Shown: positions 35,643-45,292, numbered from the stretch's first letter. The stretch is 64,000 bases of DNA from Minisyncoccota bacterium (GCA_036517795.1 DATDTF010000011.1:9772-73771); one strand, 5' to 3'. Translations and numbers: made by a program. Notes: a model not told the origin generated them from the sequence alone.

Positions 35643-37034
35643 TTAAACTCGGGCTCTTTTGCGAATTTCTTCAAAGGTCTGGTCAACAAGAAGGACGCCA
35701 TTGCGAAAAACTTCTGTGAGCTGGTTGGGCAAAACATTACCGTCCAACCTTACTGTCTTAAATGTACCATCAACATCTCTAATCAAGGCCAATCGGCCGC
35801 TTTTAGATTTTTTGTCTGGGTCAGTAACTGGGTTTTTAGAAACATCACGCCACTGATCACCAACACAAACCGCACTACACTTAAAAGCAAATTTCTGTGA
35901 GTCCCGATTGACTTTCTGAAGAAGACCACCACCAGAACCGAACGTTATATTATCTGCAGACCAATTTCTGTCTTTAACTGCTTCCAAAACGGAGCCAATC
36001 ATATCGTGGTCAATTCCATCTCCTTGAATAACTCTAACGTGAGGATCCAGTATACGATAACCTTTTTTATTCAGAGAAGAACCAAAAGCTTCACCGAGAA
36101 TATCCAGAATCTCCGGCACGATGTCTGGTGGATTACCACTATCTGGCCTGATAACCACAACACCATTTCTGGACAAAACCTTATCACGTAGTTGCTTGCC
36201 CCAAATATTTCGACAAGCGTTAAAAACATCGTAGCTGTCACTTACCACCGCCACTAAGCCTTCGGGAAACTGGGTAAGCATATTGTCATAAGCATAAACT
36301 TCGTTCTCCCGACCCCAGGAAGTAATAGTGCTATGTTCGGCAGCCGGAACTGAAAAACCGGCCATTTCTTCACCATAATATTCTTCCAGAAGTTCTATTG
36401 CCGCTAAGGTATCCGTCCCCTTGAAGTTAACCAGATGGCTGGCACCTCCAATCGCAGCCGACTCAACACTAGTGCTTCCCCTAAAACCAAAATCATGAAG
36501 CTTAAAGTCAATCAGGTTTGGGTCACCAGTATCTTCTAGGTACTTAAGGATTAGCTTTCTGGACATGCGACTATTTGTACAGACAGTTGAAGGATACCAG
36601 GACTGAACAAGCACTGTCTCAAAGTAACTTGTCAACCACCGGCAGTTTGGATCGGTACTTTCAACAGTCATAAGAACATTGGATACGGGGACAGTTGAAC
36701 CCTCAAGAACCGCCCGGATTGAAAGTGGCGGAGTGCCACCATATTCATTAAGAATATATTTCCAGCCGCGTTCATAGAAAATAGCATTGTTGTTAAAGTG
36801 TCTTGAAAAAAAAGTCGAAGCTTTTTCTAGATTATCTTTAGTAACCCTAGCATTAACAAAGTGCTTTTTCAGAATATATTGAAGGCCAAAGAAAGTAACC
36901 TCCGGCCAGCGCCCGCCACGACTCTCAAAGTAAGAGTGGACGTTGGTAACATTGTGGGGGTACTGAAAAGCATGCGAAACTTTATAACTATCCGTCAGTC
37001 CAATTATGCCAAGCCTTTTAAAGGTGCTTCTCAT
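35643..37034 (-). CDS. nadV: Nicotinamide phosphoribosyltransferase (NAMPT)
   Basis: TDSYKVSH, LHDFGFRG, VPAAEHST, VIRPDSG and FGSGGGLLQ motifs. Confidence 0.93.
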   Translation of the reverse strand: MRSTFKRLGIIGLTDSYKVSHAFQYPHNVTNVHSYFESRGGRWPEVTFFGLQYILKKHFVNARVTKDNLEKASTFFSRHFNNNAIFYERGWKYILNEYGGTPPLSIRAVLEGSTVPVSNVLMTVESTDPNCRWLTSYFETVLVQSWYPSTVCTNSRMSRKLILKYLEDTGDPNLIDFKLHDFGFRGSTSVESAAIGGASHLVNFKGTDTLAAIELLEEYYGEEMAGFSVPAAEHSTITSWGRENEVYAYDNMLTQFPEGLVAVVSDSYDVFNACRNIWGKQLRDKVLSRNGVVVIRPDSGNPPDIVPEILDILGEAFGSSLNKKGYRILDPHVRVIQGDGIDHDMIGSVLEAVKDRNWSADNITFGSGGGLLQKVNRDSQKFAFKCSAVCVGDQWRDVSKNPVTDPDKKSKSGRLALIRDVDGTFKTVRLDGNVLPNQLTEVFRNGVLLVDQTFEEIRKRARV

Positions 37035-37941
37035 TCTTCTCTCCTTTTCTTTCTTTCAAATATTCAACAAGTCTTTGGCCCAGTTCCTTGTGCTCATCCA
37101 CTAAAATTTCCGGAATTTTACTAATCGGAACCTTTATTAATTCTGCAATATCATCGTCCGCTTGAGGCTTACCAAAAACATAAGAGGCCAAATAAAAAGC
37201 GGTCAGAATTTTGTCGCCATGACCTCTGTAACGCCAATCATCAATCCGGAAGGAGCCCAGAAACTCAAGACCGCCTATTTCAACATGAGCTTCCTCGTTT
37301 ACCTCACGCCGAACAGCGACTTCAAAGTTTTTGTCACTCGGATCAAGGAAGCCACCAATAAAGCGGGGACATTTTTCAGCAGGCTTTCGACAAAGCAAAA
37401 CTTGAGCCTCACCTTTTCCGTTTTCCGGCTCCATAAGTATCGCCACGTCTATCGTCTGATGAGAAATCAAACGCCGATTAGTACAGGCATAAATAACACC
37501 CGCTCTGAAGTCCGCCGAATCACGAATATTTTGAGCAATCTCTTCTCTTGTCTCTGTGGCCGAAGGAACAACTACTGTCTCCAGCTCAACAATCGGCCAC
37601 TTACCAAAGTAATGACCGACAAAACTGTCGCGCGAACCGTAAAGAATCGCTTGACTGTTTGGAAATGCTTGACTAATAACTTTATCCAATCGCTTTGACC
37701 ATTCCTGATCAGAACCTGTATCATGAATCGGCATAATAGTTGCCCACGGAAAAGCACTTTGCATCATCCGGGCTCTGGTAGGATAGTCCAGCGGATCTTC
37801 AGCCGAAAGCTGGACAGAGCTGCAACCCAGACAAATTAAAACTTTGCCATGTCTCTTGTGAACTTCCTCTATCAAGTTACTGTGGCCCTGATGAGGCATA
37901 TCCACCTGAAACCTACCGACAATAACCCCAACTTTACTCAC
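37018..37941 (-). CDS. Bifunctional NMN adenylyltransferase / Nudix hydrolase (NadM-Nudix)
   Basis: VGRFQ..PHQGH, SATETR and Nudix box GGFLD...AVRREVNEE; GTG start after AAGGAGG. Confidence 0.88.
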   Translation of the reverse strand: MSKVGVIVGRFQVDMPHQGHSNLIEEVHKRHGKVLICLGCSSVQLSAEDPLDYPTRARMMQSAFPWATIMPIHDTGSDQEWSKRLDKVISQAFPNSQAILYGSRDSFVGHYFGKWPIVELETVVVPSATETREEIAQNIRDSADFRAGVIYACTNRRLISHQTIDVAILMEPENGKGEAQVLLCRKPAEKCPRFIGGFLDPSDKNFEVAVRREVNEEAHVEIGGLEFLGSFRIDDWRYRGHGDKILTAFYLASYVFGKPQADDDIAELIKVPISKIPEILVDEHKELGQRLVEYLKERKGEKNEKHL

Positions 37942-38044
37942 AAAAGCACCTCCTTTCATAACAATTTATTAAGAAACTCTTGGCCAATGAAGGCCAAGCT
38001 TTAGCGTCTAAAGCCAAAGCTTGAACTTCATTAAGCCTGAAGTT

Positions 38045-38725
38045 TTAAATTATTTCAACCAGCTTAAGTTTGTCACTTTTAAAACGATAAAGAGCTGCCG
38101 GACGGTTAGCCAGACCTCTTAACTCTTCTTTAACTGGCAGTAATATTCGCAAGGACAATATTTTTTTTCTGAAATTGCGTCTGTCCAGTCTTTTGTGAAG
38201 AATCGTCTCGTATAGATTCTGCAGTTCTGTTAGAGTAAATCTCTTGGGCATGAGAGTGAAGGCTATATTGGTGTAAGTTAATTTGGATTTAAGCCTTTCA
38301 AATGCAAATTTAATTACTTCTGCATGATCATACGCCAAGTGGGGGAGTTCCTTGACCGAAAACCAGCAAGCCTCATACTTTTGATCCGAATCCTTTTTAT
38401 ATTTCAACTTCGCCTCTTGACCCAAACCAAGATAAGCAACCGCCACAACCCTACCTCTCGGGTCTCTGTGAATACCGCTGAAAGTGTAAAGCTGTTCTAA
38501 ATAAGCGTTTTTTACACCACCTTTTCCCCAGAGATGCCTCCAAGCCGCTCGATCAGCCGTCTCTTTAGGATCGATCAAACCGCCGGGCAAACCCCAATGG
38601 TTAGCATAATAAGGAGGACGATCAACTTTAATCAAACGAACCAAAAGCTCTTTATTTTCAAAGGTAAAAAGAGCTGTATCAGCTGCCAAGACCGCAAATT
38701 TAAGTTTTGGTGTCGGTTTTTTCAT
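38045..38725 (-). CDS. nrtR: NrtR-family Nudix-related transcriptional regulator
   Basis: Degenerate Nudix box (WGLPGG...AAWRHL), LEQLYTF..RDPRGR, LAYDH, and wHTH FTLTELQ...NFRKK...RPAALY. Confidence 0.92.
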   Translation of the reverse strand: MKKPTPKLKFAVLAADTALFTFENKELLVRLIKVDRPPYYANHWGLPGGLIDPKETADRAAWRHLWGKGGVKNAYLEQLYTFSGIHRDPRGRVVAVAYLGLGQEAKLKYKKDSDQKYEACWFSVKELPHLAYDHAEVIKFAFERLKSKLTYTNIAFTLMPKRFTLTELQNLYETILHKRLDRRNFRKKILSLRILLPVKEELRGLANRPAALYRFKSDKLKLVEII

Positions 38726-38734
38726 GATTGTTTG

Positions 38735-38755
38735 TTAGTGTATTATATACACATA
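38735..38755. promoter_or_regulatory. Putative NrtR operator 1 over the nrtR-operon promoter
   Basis: TTAGTGT-ATTATAT-ACACATA (GT-N7-AC core). It overlaps the -10 of a minus-strand promoter TTGACA(38781-38776)-17-TAGTAT. Confidence 0.75.
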
Positions 38756-38817
38756 CTACTCCCGCTTAAAAAACCTGTCAAGCCCAGTAGTCAACTTTAT
38801 ATGTCTGTTGACTTTAA

Positions 38818-38838
38818 TTAGTGTTAGTAATACACTAT
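38818..38838. promoter_or_regulatory. Putative NrtR operator 2 over the nadK promoter
   Basis: TTAGTGT-TAGTAAT-ACACTAT; overlaps the promoter TTGACT(38808)-17-TACACT. Confidence 0.75.
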
Positions 38839-38857
38839 CTATATTAGTCCATCACCT

Positions 38858-39703
38858 ATGCAAAGTCAAATAAAAACTATCGGTTTCTTTTATAGAGAGA
38901 ATCATTCTCTTAGTAAAGTCTGGGAGAACAAGATTGTAAAATGGCTTAAAAATAAATATCCAAAAGTTAAAGTTGTCCGAAAGCACCCGGAATTTTTGAT
39001 AGTTCTTGGAGGTGACGGCACAATACTGGAAGCAGTGAGAAAATTTGCTAAAAATACAGCTCCCACAATCTTGGGTCTCAATTTGGGTCATGTTGGTTTT
39101 TTAGCCTCAATAAGAAATCCGAAAAACTTTCTGACTGGTCTTGATAAGCTCTTTAAAGAAGGGCCCCGAATAATAAAAAAACTGATGGTGGAGGTTGAAG
39201 TAATCAGAAACAACAAAAAAGTATTCAGAACTAACGCCTTTAACGACGTTGTTGTTGAAAACCCTTTAGGGGTAGTGGAAATTGAGGTTAAAATTGAAAA
39301 AGATACAATTCAATGCGTTAGAGGCACCGGAGTTATGGTTTCTACAGCCAGCGGTTCAACAGCTTTCAACCTTTCAGCTCATGGACCAATCGTTATGCCG
39401 GATATAAAGTGCCTGATTGTGACTGAAATAATGGATCATAACATTCCGACACCCAGCATAATCGTTAAGCGGAACAGGGAAATAGAAATTAAAATCGCCA
39501 GTTTTAGGGAAAGAAAACTGATATCTTTAACCAAAACTAAAGAACCTTTTGATGTACTACTGATTGCCGACGGAGAAAACTTGTTTCCACTAAAAGAAAA
39601 GGATGCGGTTTTAGTCAGACGATCTTCGCGTTTAGTAAAGTTCGCTGAACTGGAAAAAAATTACTTTTTCAAAAGTCTGCAGGAAAAATTTTACTTCGGA
39701 TAG
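38858..39703 (+). CDS. nadK: NAD kinase
   Basis: LGGDGTIL, NLGHVGFL, FND and STASGSTAFNLSAHGP motifs. Confidence 0.93.
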   Translation: MQSQIKTIGFFYRENHSLSKVWENKIVKWLKNKYPKVKVVRKHPEFLIVLGGDGTILEAVRKFAKNTAPTILGLNLGHVGFLASIRNPKNFLTGLDKLFKEGPRIIKKLMVEVEVIRNNKKVFRTNAFNDVVVENPLGVVEIEVKIEKDTIQCVRGTGVMVSTASGSTAFNLSAHGPIVMPDIKCLIVTEIMDHNIPTPSIIVKRNREIEIKIASFRERKLISLTKTKEPFDVLLIADGENLFPLKEKDAVLVRRSSRLVKFAELEKNYFFKSLQEKFYFG

Positions 39704-39706
39704 TTT

Positions 39707-39778
39707 GTCCCCGTAGCTCAGCGGAAGAGCGCTTCCCTCCGAAGGAAGAGGCCGACCGTTCAAATCGGTCCGGGGATA
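39707..39778 (+). tRNA. tRNA-Arg(CCG)
   Basis: GTCCCCG/CGGGGAT-A acceptor; CTTCC-CTCCGAA-GGAAG anticodon arm. Confidence 0.92.
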
Positions 39779-39856
39779 CAAATAAATCAGAGGGTCTGTT
39801 TTTTTTATTTTTAATCAGCTTGAAAATGTGCTAATGATAGAAGGTCATAAGCAAAT

Positions 39857-41833
39857 ATGCCTAGTGGTCTTTTTGAAGGTTTAAACGAAAAACAATTAGA
39901 AGCAATACAGACCACGGAAGGTCCTGTTTTGGTTATTGCCGCCGCCGGCAGCGGTAAAACCAAGGTTCTGACTCACCGAATTGCCCACCTCATTCAGCGA
40001 GGGATAAAACCAGAAAACATACTGGCGGTCACTTTCACAAATAAAGCGGCGGGTGAGATGAGAGAGCGAGTTCGCAATTTACTCAAAAACTCTTCTGTTT
40101 TACCGCTACTTGGCACATTCCATTCAATATCAGCAAGGTTGTTAAGAAACGAGCTCGGGAAACTTGATTTGCCTTATGACTCTAATTTCGTGATTTACGA
40201 CACTGAAGACCAGCTGGGCGTTATCAAAAAGGTTATGGAGGAGTTGGAAATTGATAGTAAGAAAACAAATCCTCGGGCTATCCTTTCCAGAATATCGGAA
40301 GCGAAAACAAACTTAGCCGGACCAGAAGAGTATGTGAAATCCGCAAAAGATTTTTTCTCAAAAACAGTCGCCAGGATTTATCCGCTTTACCAAAAAAATC
40401 TTGAAACCAGCAACGCGATGGACTTTGATGATCTTCTTTTTTTGACAGTGAAAATGCTTAAACAAGAGAAAAACATACTGGAAAAATATCAAAACCTCTT
40501 TAGATATATCCTGGTTGATGAATACCAAGACACAAACAAACCACAATATCTTTTTCTGAAAATGCTGGCCCAAAAGCATAAAAATATTATGGCGGTGGGA
40601 GACGACTATCAATCAATATATTTATTCCGCCAGGCTGACATCCGTAATATTTTGAGTTTTGAAAAAGACTATCCGGAAGCTAAAATTGTTTTTTTGGAGC
40701 AAAACTATCGTTCCACCCAAAATATTCTGGCTGCCGCCCAGAACATAATCTCAAATAATAAGTTCCAGCGACATAAAAATCTCTGGACTGAAAATCAGGA
40801 AGGGGAAAAAATACTGCTCGCCGAACTCAGCAACGAAAGGGAAGAAGGCGGATTCATAACCGACGAAATAAAGAAGGGTCTGAAAACCGGCGCTGATTTG
40901 AACGACTTTTGCATCCTGTACCGAACGCACGCCCAGTCGCGTGCAATTGAAGAAGCCATGTTAAAAGCCGGTTTGCCTTACAAAATCATCGGCGGTTTAA
41001 AATTCTATGAGAGAAAAGAAGTTAAAGACATTTTAGCTTATTTGAGACTTCTGCTTAACCCGACAGACAACTTCAGTTTAGAAAGAATACACAACGTGCC
41101 AAGCAGGGGAGTAGGCAAAAAAACTTTTGAGAAGATATTGGAAACACAAAAACAGAAATCTTCCAAAAGCGTTTTTGAACTTTTCAAAGACCATAGAGAA
41201 GAATTAGACAAAAAGGCTTTATCCGGTTTAGCTTCGCTGAGCAAAACCATGAACAGCTTGGAAGAAAAACTGGACGAATTTTACCTCTCAAAACTTATAA
41301 AAAAACTTCTTCAGGAGATTGATTACCAAAAATTTCTTCAGGAAAAAACCGTTGACAGCGAGTCCCGCTGGGAAAACGTAAAAGAGCTTCTGACAGTTAC
41401 GGCAAAATATGACAGTTTGAAATCCCGTGAATCTCTTCCGATTTTTCTGGAAGAAGTTTCACTTATACAGGAAACGGATCAAATCAAAAACCAAGAAAAA
41501 AATGTAACCCTCATGACGATGCACGCTTCCAAAGGTTTGGAATTTCCTACCGTTTTTTTAGCCGGCATGGAAGAAGGACTATTCCCTCATCCCAGGTCGA
41601 CTCTTGATCCGGTTGAATTGGAAGAAGAGAGAAGGCTATGCTACGTCGGAATCACCAGAGCCAAAGAAAAACTTTACTTGACTCATTGTCAAAACCGCAT
41701 GGTTTATGGCTCTTCACAATTCAACCCAATCTCAAGATTTGTTTCTGAAATACCAGAGGACTTTGTCTCCGAAAACGCAAAAAAACCATTTAGGCGAGAT
41801 TTTAATTATGAGGACTTCATAGATTATGATTAA
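39857..41833 (+). CDS. pcrA: UvrD/PcrA ATP-dependent helicase
   Basis: AAAGSGKT, VDEYQD, QNYRS, HASKGLEF and EEERRLCYVGITRA motifs. Confidence 0.95.
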   Translation: MPSGLFEGLNEKQLEAIQTTEGPVLVIAAAGSGKTKVLTHRIAHLIQRGIKPENILAVTFTNKAAGEMRERVRNLLKNSSVLPLLGTFHSISARLLRNELGKLDLPYDSNFVIYDTEDQLGVIKKVMEELEIDSKKTNPRAILSRISEAKTNLAGPEEYVKSAKDFFSKTVARIYPLYQKNLETSNAMDFDDLLFLTVKMLKQEKNILEKYQNLFRYILVDEYQDTNKPQYLFLKMLAQKHKNIMAVGDDYQSIYLFRQADIRNILSFEKDYPEAKIVFLEQNYRSTQNILAAAQNIISNNKFQRHKNLWTENQEGEKILLAELSNEREEGGFITDEIKKGLKTGADLNDFCILYRTHAQSRAIEEAMLKAGLPYKIIGGLKFYERKEVKDILAYLRLLLNPTDNFSLERIHNVPSRGVGKKTFEKILETQKQKSSKSVFELFKDHREELDKKALSGLASLSKTMNSLEEKLDEFYLSKLIKKLLQEIDYQKFLQEKTVDSESRWENVKELLTVTAKYDSLKSRESLPIFLEEVSLIQETDQIKNQEKNVTLMTMHASKGLEFPTVFLAGMEEGLFPHPRSTLDPVELEEERRLCYVGITRAKEKLYLTHCQNRMVYGSSQFNPISRFVSEIPEDFVSENAKKPFRRDFNYEDFIDYD

Positions 41834-42758
41834 AGATAAAATAGTGAATAAAAAATATCAACCATCTTCCGACATTGCACTGCCGAGCTTTAGCGCCGTC
41901 AGCAAAAGTAAACCAAAAAGGGACTTCGCCAAAGGCGCGGAATGTCAAAGACAAGCTCAACATCGGCATCGGGACGCCAAAAAACTAGGACAAAACTTTC
42001 TAAAAAACACCGGAATACTTAAATCCATCGTTGGGATGGCTGAAATTTCAGCCGACGATATTGTTTTGGAGGTAGGCGCCGGCACGGGTCTGCTCACAGA
42101 GAAGCTAGCCGAAACCGGAGCCAAAATAATTGCTGTTGAAAAAGACCGGAACTTGATTCCGATTCTGGAAACCAAGTTTAAAAATCAAAAAAATGTTACA
42201 ATAATTGAAGGCGATATATTAAGGTTCGACCTTAATCTGACCAAGGTCGAACCTTGGAAATACAAGGTAGTGGGAAACATTCCGTATTATCTAACTTCGC
42301 ATTTGATAAGAAAAGTTTTAGAAGATTGGCCCACACCAAAACTAATTTTGTTCATGTTACAAAAAGAGGTGGCTCAAAGGATAGTTGCCAAACCTCCGAA
42401 AATGAACTTGCTTGCCTTATCTGTCCAGCTTTATGCGGACGCCCAGATAATGAGGAGCGTCTCAAAGAAAAATTTCTGGCCAGAACCAAAAGTTGATTCA
42501 GCTTTAATAAAAATACTGCCTAAAGACCGAGACGCAAAAGAAAAAAATGACATTGAAAAGATTTTGAAATTAGCTCGTTTGGCTTTTAGCGGTAAAAGAA
42601 AACAAATACTAAACAGTCTTTCAACCGGATTAAAAATTCCAAAGGAAAAACTTATCGGTACACTTCAGGAAGCCGGCATTGACAGCAAAAGACGCCCCGA
42701 GTCTCTAGAAATCAGCGAATGGTTAAAACTAAACCAAACTTTATCTTCGCAGTTTTAG
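41826..42758 (+). CDS. rsmA: 16S rRNA m6,2A dimethyltransferase with a 39-aa repeat-derived insertion
   Basis: LGQNFL, EVGAGTG, GNIPY, QKEVA and PKVDSA motifs. Confidence 0.95.
   Translation: MIKDKIVNKKYQPSSDIALPSFSAVSKSKPKRDFAKGAECQRQAQHRHRDAKKLGQNFLKNTGILKSIVGMAEISADDIVLEVGAGTGLLTEKLAETGAKIIAVEKDRNLIPILETKFKNQKNVTIIEGDILRFDLNLTKVEPWKYKVVGNIPYYLTSHLIRKVLEDWPTPKLILFMLQKEVAQRIVAKPPKMNLLALSVQLYADAQIMRSVSKKNFWPEPKVDSALIKILPKDRDAKEKNDIEKILKLARLAFSGKRKQILNSLSTGLKIPKEKLIGTLQEAGIDSKRRPESLEISEWLKLNQTLSSQF
41859..41978 (+). repeat. Full-length dispersed repeat inside rsmA
   Basis: Colinear with the intergenic copy at 52696-52805. Confidence 0.85.
42221..42257. repeat. Inverted REP-like doublet inside rsmA
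   Basis: AAGGTTCGACCTT at 42221-42233 and its reverse complement AAGGTCGAACCTT at 42243-42255. Confidence 0.65.
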
Positions 42759-44305
42759 GTGGTTTGCTTCTGGCTTTTTCTTTGCCTTTTTTTAACCTCG
42801 GCTGGCTGGTGTTTCCCGCTCTGATACTTTTTCTTATCCTTCTGGAAATTCACCCGGAAAAAGCCTTTTCAAACGGCTTTTGGTTTGGTTTGGTTTATTT
42901 TTTGTCCGTCTTCAGATGGTTTTGGGACACTTATCCTCTTGAGGGGCTTGGCTTTGAAAATCCTTATCTTGCCGCCGGTATTTTGGCCTTTGCTTGGCTT
43001 CTGACTGCTCTGGCAATGTCTCTTCTTTGGGCAACGGCATTTTGGCTTTCTAAAAAAACAGAGAAAAAAACAAGCTGGACGGCTTTGCTTGTTTTCCCTT
43101 CAATATTTGTCGTATTTGAATACTTGAGAGCTTTTGTAATTTCCGCCCTCTGGTTCAGTCCGGGCAATATAATTTCTCCGGATTGGACAGCCGGCAACCT
43201 TGCTTACAATTTGCACAGCAACGGCTTAGTTCTCAAAATCTCGTCTCTGCTTGGCATCTACGGCGTTTCTTTTTTTGTCTTTCTCGCCGCCGTTTTAGTT
43301 TTTCTGTTTTTGGAAAAAAAACAATTTAAAAAGCTTTGGGTTTTTGTCGCTGTCTTAATCTTTTTTTCCTACGCCCCTTATCATTGGTTCTCCCCCGACA
43401 AAAGCGAAGAGAAAACAAAAGTAGCGGCCGTCCAAAGCTACATTCCAAGCCAGAAAAACTACAGCCCCAAAGAGCAGCTTTCTTTCTTTAAAAAACAACT
43501 TGAACTTCTGGACAAAATCGCCAAAGAACAACCCGAAACCAAACTGGTAGTTTTTCCCGAGGCCAGCAACTTTTTCACCAATCTAAGTTTATTTGGCAAC
43601 ACTCTAGATGTCGGCTTCTACTTCAATAATTTGTTTCCATCTGAAACTGCTGTTTTAGACAACTCTCATATACAGGAAAACTTTCTGAAAAAATCCAAAA
43701 CCATATACTTGGACTCCAAAAACGGTGTGGTTGGAGATTATGACAAAAAGCTTTTGACCCCGGGAGGGGAGTACGCGCCTTACCTTTTCAGTCTGTTGGA
43801 CAGAGTTTTGGGTATTGACTCTGAAGAACTGAAAAATTTTGAGGGGCTCCAAAGCGGCCGCAAACCGCCCTCCGCCGTAAAAACGGGTAACATAAATTTA
43901 GGCGCACTGGTGTGTTCCGATATTTCTTCGCCGTCCTTGGCCAGAAACATTTCCCTGTCCGGCGGAGAACTTATAGCCGTTCAAGGCAGTTTTGCTTTCG
44001 CCAACGGCTCCAAAGATTTAATCAGCCAAGTCAAAGCCATGGCCGCTTTGCGAGCCGCTGAAAACAACAAACACCTGATATATGCCGCAAATTATGGGCC
44101 GTCTTTTATAGTTTCCGGCAGTGGGAAAATGCTAAAAGAAAGCCGGAACAGAGGTTTTGAGATATTAACAGCTGATGTTGTATTAAATAAAGACAAAACA
44201 ATATATAATAAACTAGGAGATGGGCCGATTTTATTGGCCTCTTTGAGTGTATTGATAACCAGTTTTTTCTTTACTCCCAAAAAAAAGAAAAATGAATACA
44301 ACTAA
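42719..44305 (+). CDS. lnt: Apolipoprotein N-acyltransferase
   Basis: TM domain with FEYLR and GIYGVSF; nitrilase triad VVFPE, YDKKLLTPGGEY, LVCSD; RAAEN. Confidence 0.85.
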   Translation: MVKTKPNFIFAVLGGLLLAFSLPFFNLGWLVFPALILFLILLEIHPEKAFSNGFWFGLVYFLSVFRWFWDTYPLEGLGFENPYLAAGILAFAWLLTALAMSLLWATAFWLSKKTEKKTSWTALLVFPSIFVVFEYLRAFVISALWFSPGNIISPDWTAGNLAYNLHSNGLVLKISSLLGIYGVSFFVFLAAVLVFLFLEKKQFKKLWVFVAVLIFFSYAPYHWFSPDKSEEKTKVAAVQSYIPSQKNYSPKEQLSFFKKQLELLDKIAKEQPETKLVVFPEASNFFTNLSLFGNTLDVGFYFNNLFPSETAVLDNSHIQENFLKKSKTIYLDSKNGVVGDYDKKLLTPGGEYAPYLFSLLDRVLGIDSEELKNFEGLQSGRKPPSAVKTGNINLGALVCSDISSPSLARNISLSGGELIAVQGSFAFANGSKDLISQVKAMAALRAAENNKHLIYAANYGPSFIVSGSGKMLKESRNRGFEILTADVVLNKDKTIYNKLGDGPILLASLSVLITSFFFTPKKKKNEYN

Positions 44306-45284
44306 GACAATCAAAATATTTATGGTCATCCTGTTTGGAGCAGCCGGTTTAGTGTTGGCAAGAGTTGGTATTCTAATTAACAAGGCTTTCCACCCAGCCA
44401 CTGCCGCCATCTCTTTGCCGACTAAGGTTGATTACGAAGACAGCGACGACTTTGACCACGACGGCTTAAAAAATGCCGAAGAAGCGGTTTGGGGAAGCGA
44501 CCCATATAATCCCGATACCGATGGAGACGGCTATCTAGACGGTGAAGAAGTTTTTTCAGACCACAGCCCTACACAAGCAAATGATGACTCTCTTGCCAAA
44601 ACCAGAGAGTTTCTCGGCCTAAATTCAACAGAAAGATTAGCATATCTTGTTACTGGAGGAATATTAAGCGGTGACCTAAAAACCGGCAACCCTCAGATCT
44701 ACGCTCAATCAGTTGACAATACTGCCACAGCTACTGTCTACTCTGTCTTGTCGGCTTTAGAAGACATAAACGTCGGAGAAGAAATTAAAAACTTGGTTCC
44801 TGACTCAAAAGAATCGCAGGAAAAATATTTGAATGAGATTTTTAAAGTCGTATCTGGAGACATAACCGAACTTCTTCTTGGTCAGCCCAAAGAACTTGTT
44901 CTCCTTTTCAGTCCAGATCAAAACAACACAAGCAGAGAAATATATACCGACGAACAAAAAGAGAGAATAAAGACTAAATTCTTGCAACATTCCATAAAAT
45001 TCTCACAAGCTTTTGATCAACTTAATAATACTGAAGTTCCTCAAAGCTTGTCAAACATTCATAAAAAAACTCTAACACTTCTAAAAAAACTTGAACTGTA
45101 TTACCGCTCCATAGCTCTTTCAGCGGACGACCCTTTGAAGCAAATGATTGTTCTCGGCAATTTACAAAGTGTCTATCTGGAAGCCCAGCCCATTATTTTG
45201 GAAATTAACAGCAAGATAAAATCCAACAACCTCACTCCTCCTGACAGTGACTTTTTCGACATAACTCTGCTTTTGAATCAGTAA
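44292..45284 (+). CDS. Membrane-anchored protein with thrombospondin-type-3-like Ca-binding repeats
   Basis: DFDHDGLKNAEE...DPYNPDTDGDGYLDGEE after an N-terminal TM. Confidence 0.7.
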   Translation: MNTTKTIKIFMVILFGAAGLVLARVGILINKAFHPATAAISLPTKVDYEDSDDFDHDGLKNAEEAVWGSDPYNPDTDGDGYLDGEEVFSDHSPTQANDDSLAKTREFLGLNSTERLAYLVTGGILSGDLKTGNPQIYAQSVDNTATATVYSVLSALEDINVGEEIKNLVPDSKESQEKYLNEIFKVVSGDITELLLGQPKELVLLFSPDQNNTSREIYTDEQKERIKTKFLQHSIKFSQAFDQLNNTEVPQSLSNIHKKTLTLLKKLELYYRSIALSADDPLKQMIVLGNLQSVYLEAQPIILEINSKIKSNNLTPPDSDFFDITLLLNQ

Positions 45285-45292
45285 AATTTTTT

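Noticed and set aside
35643-37959. NAMPT+NMNAT as a prophage-borne NAD reconstitution pathway
   Set aside because: No phage genes nearby; NrtR, operators and nadK indicate a cellular regulon.
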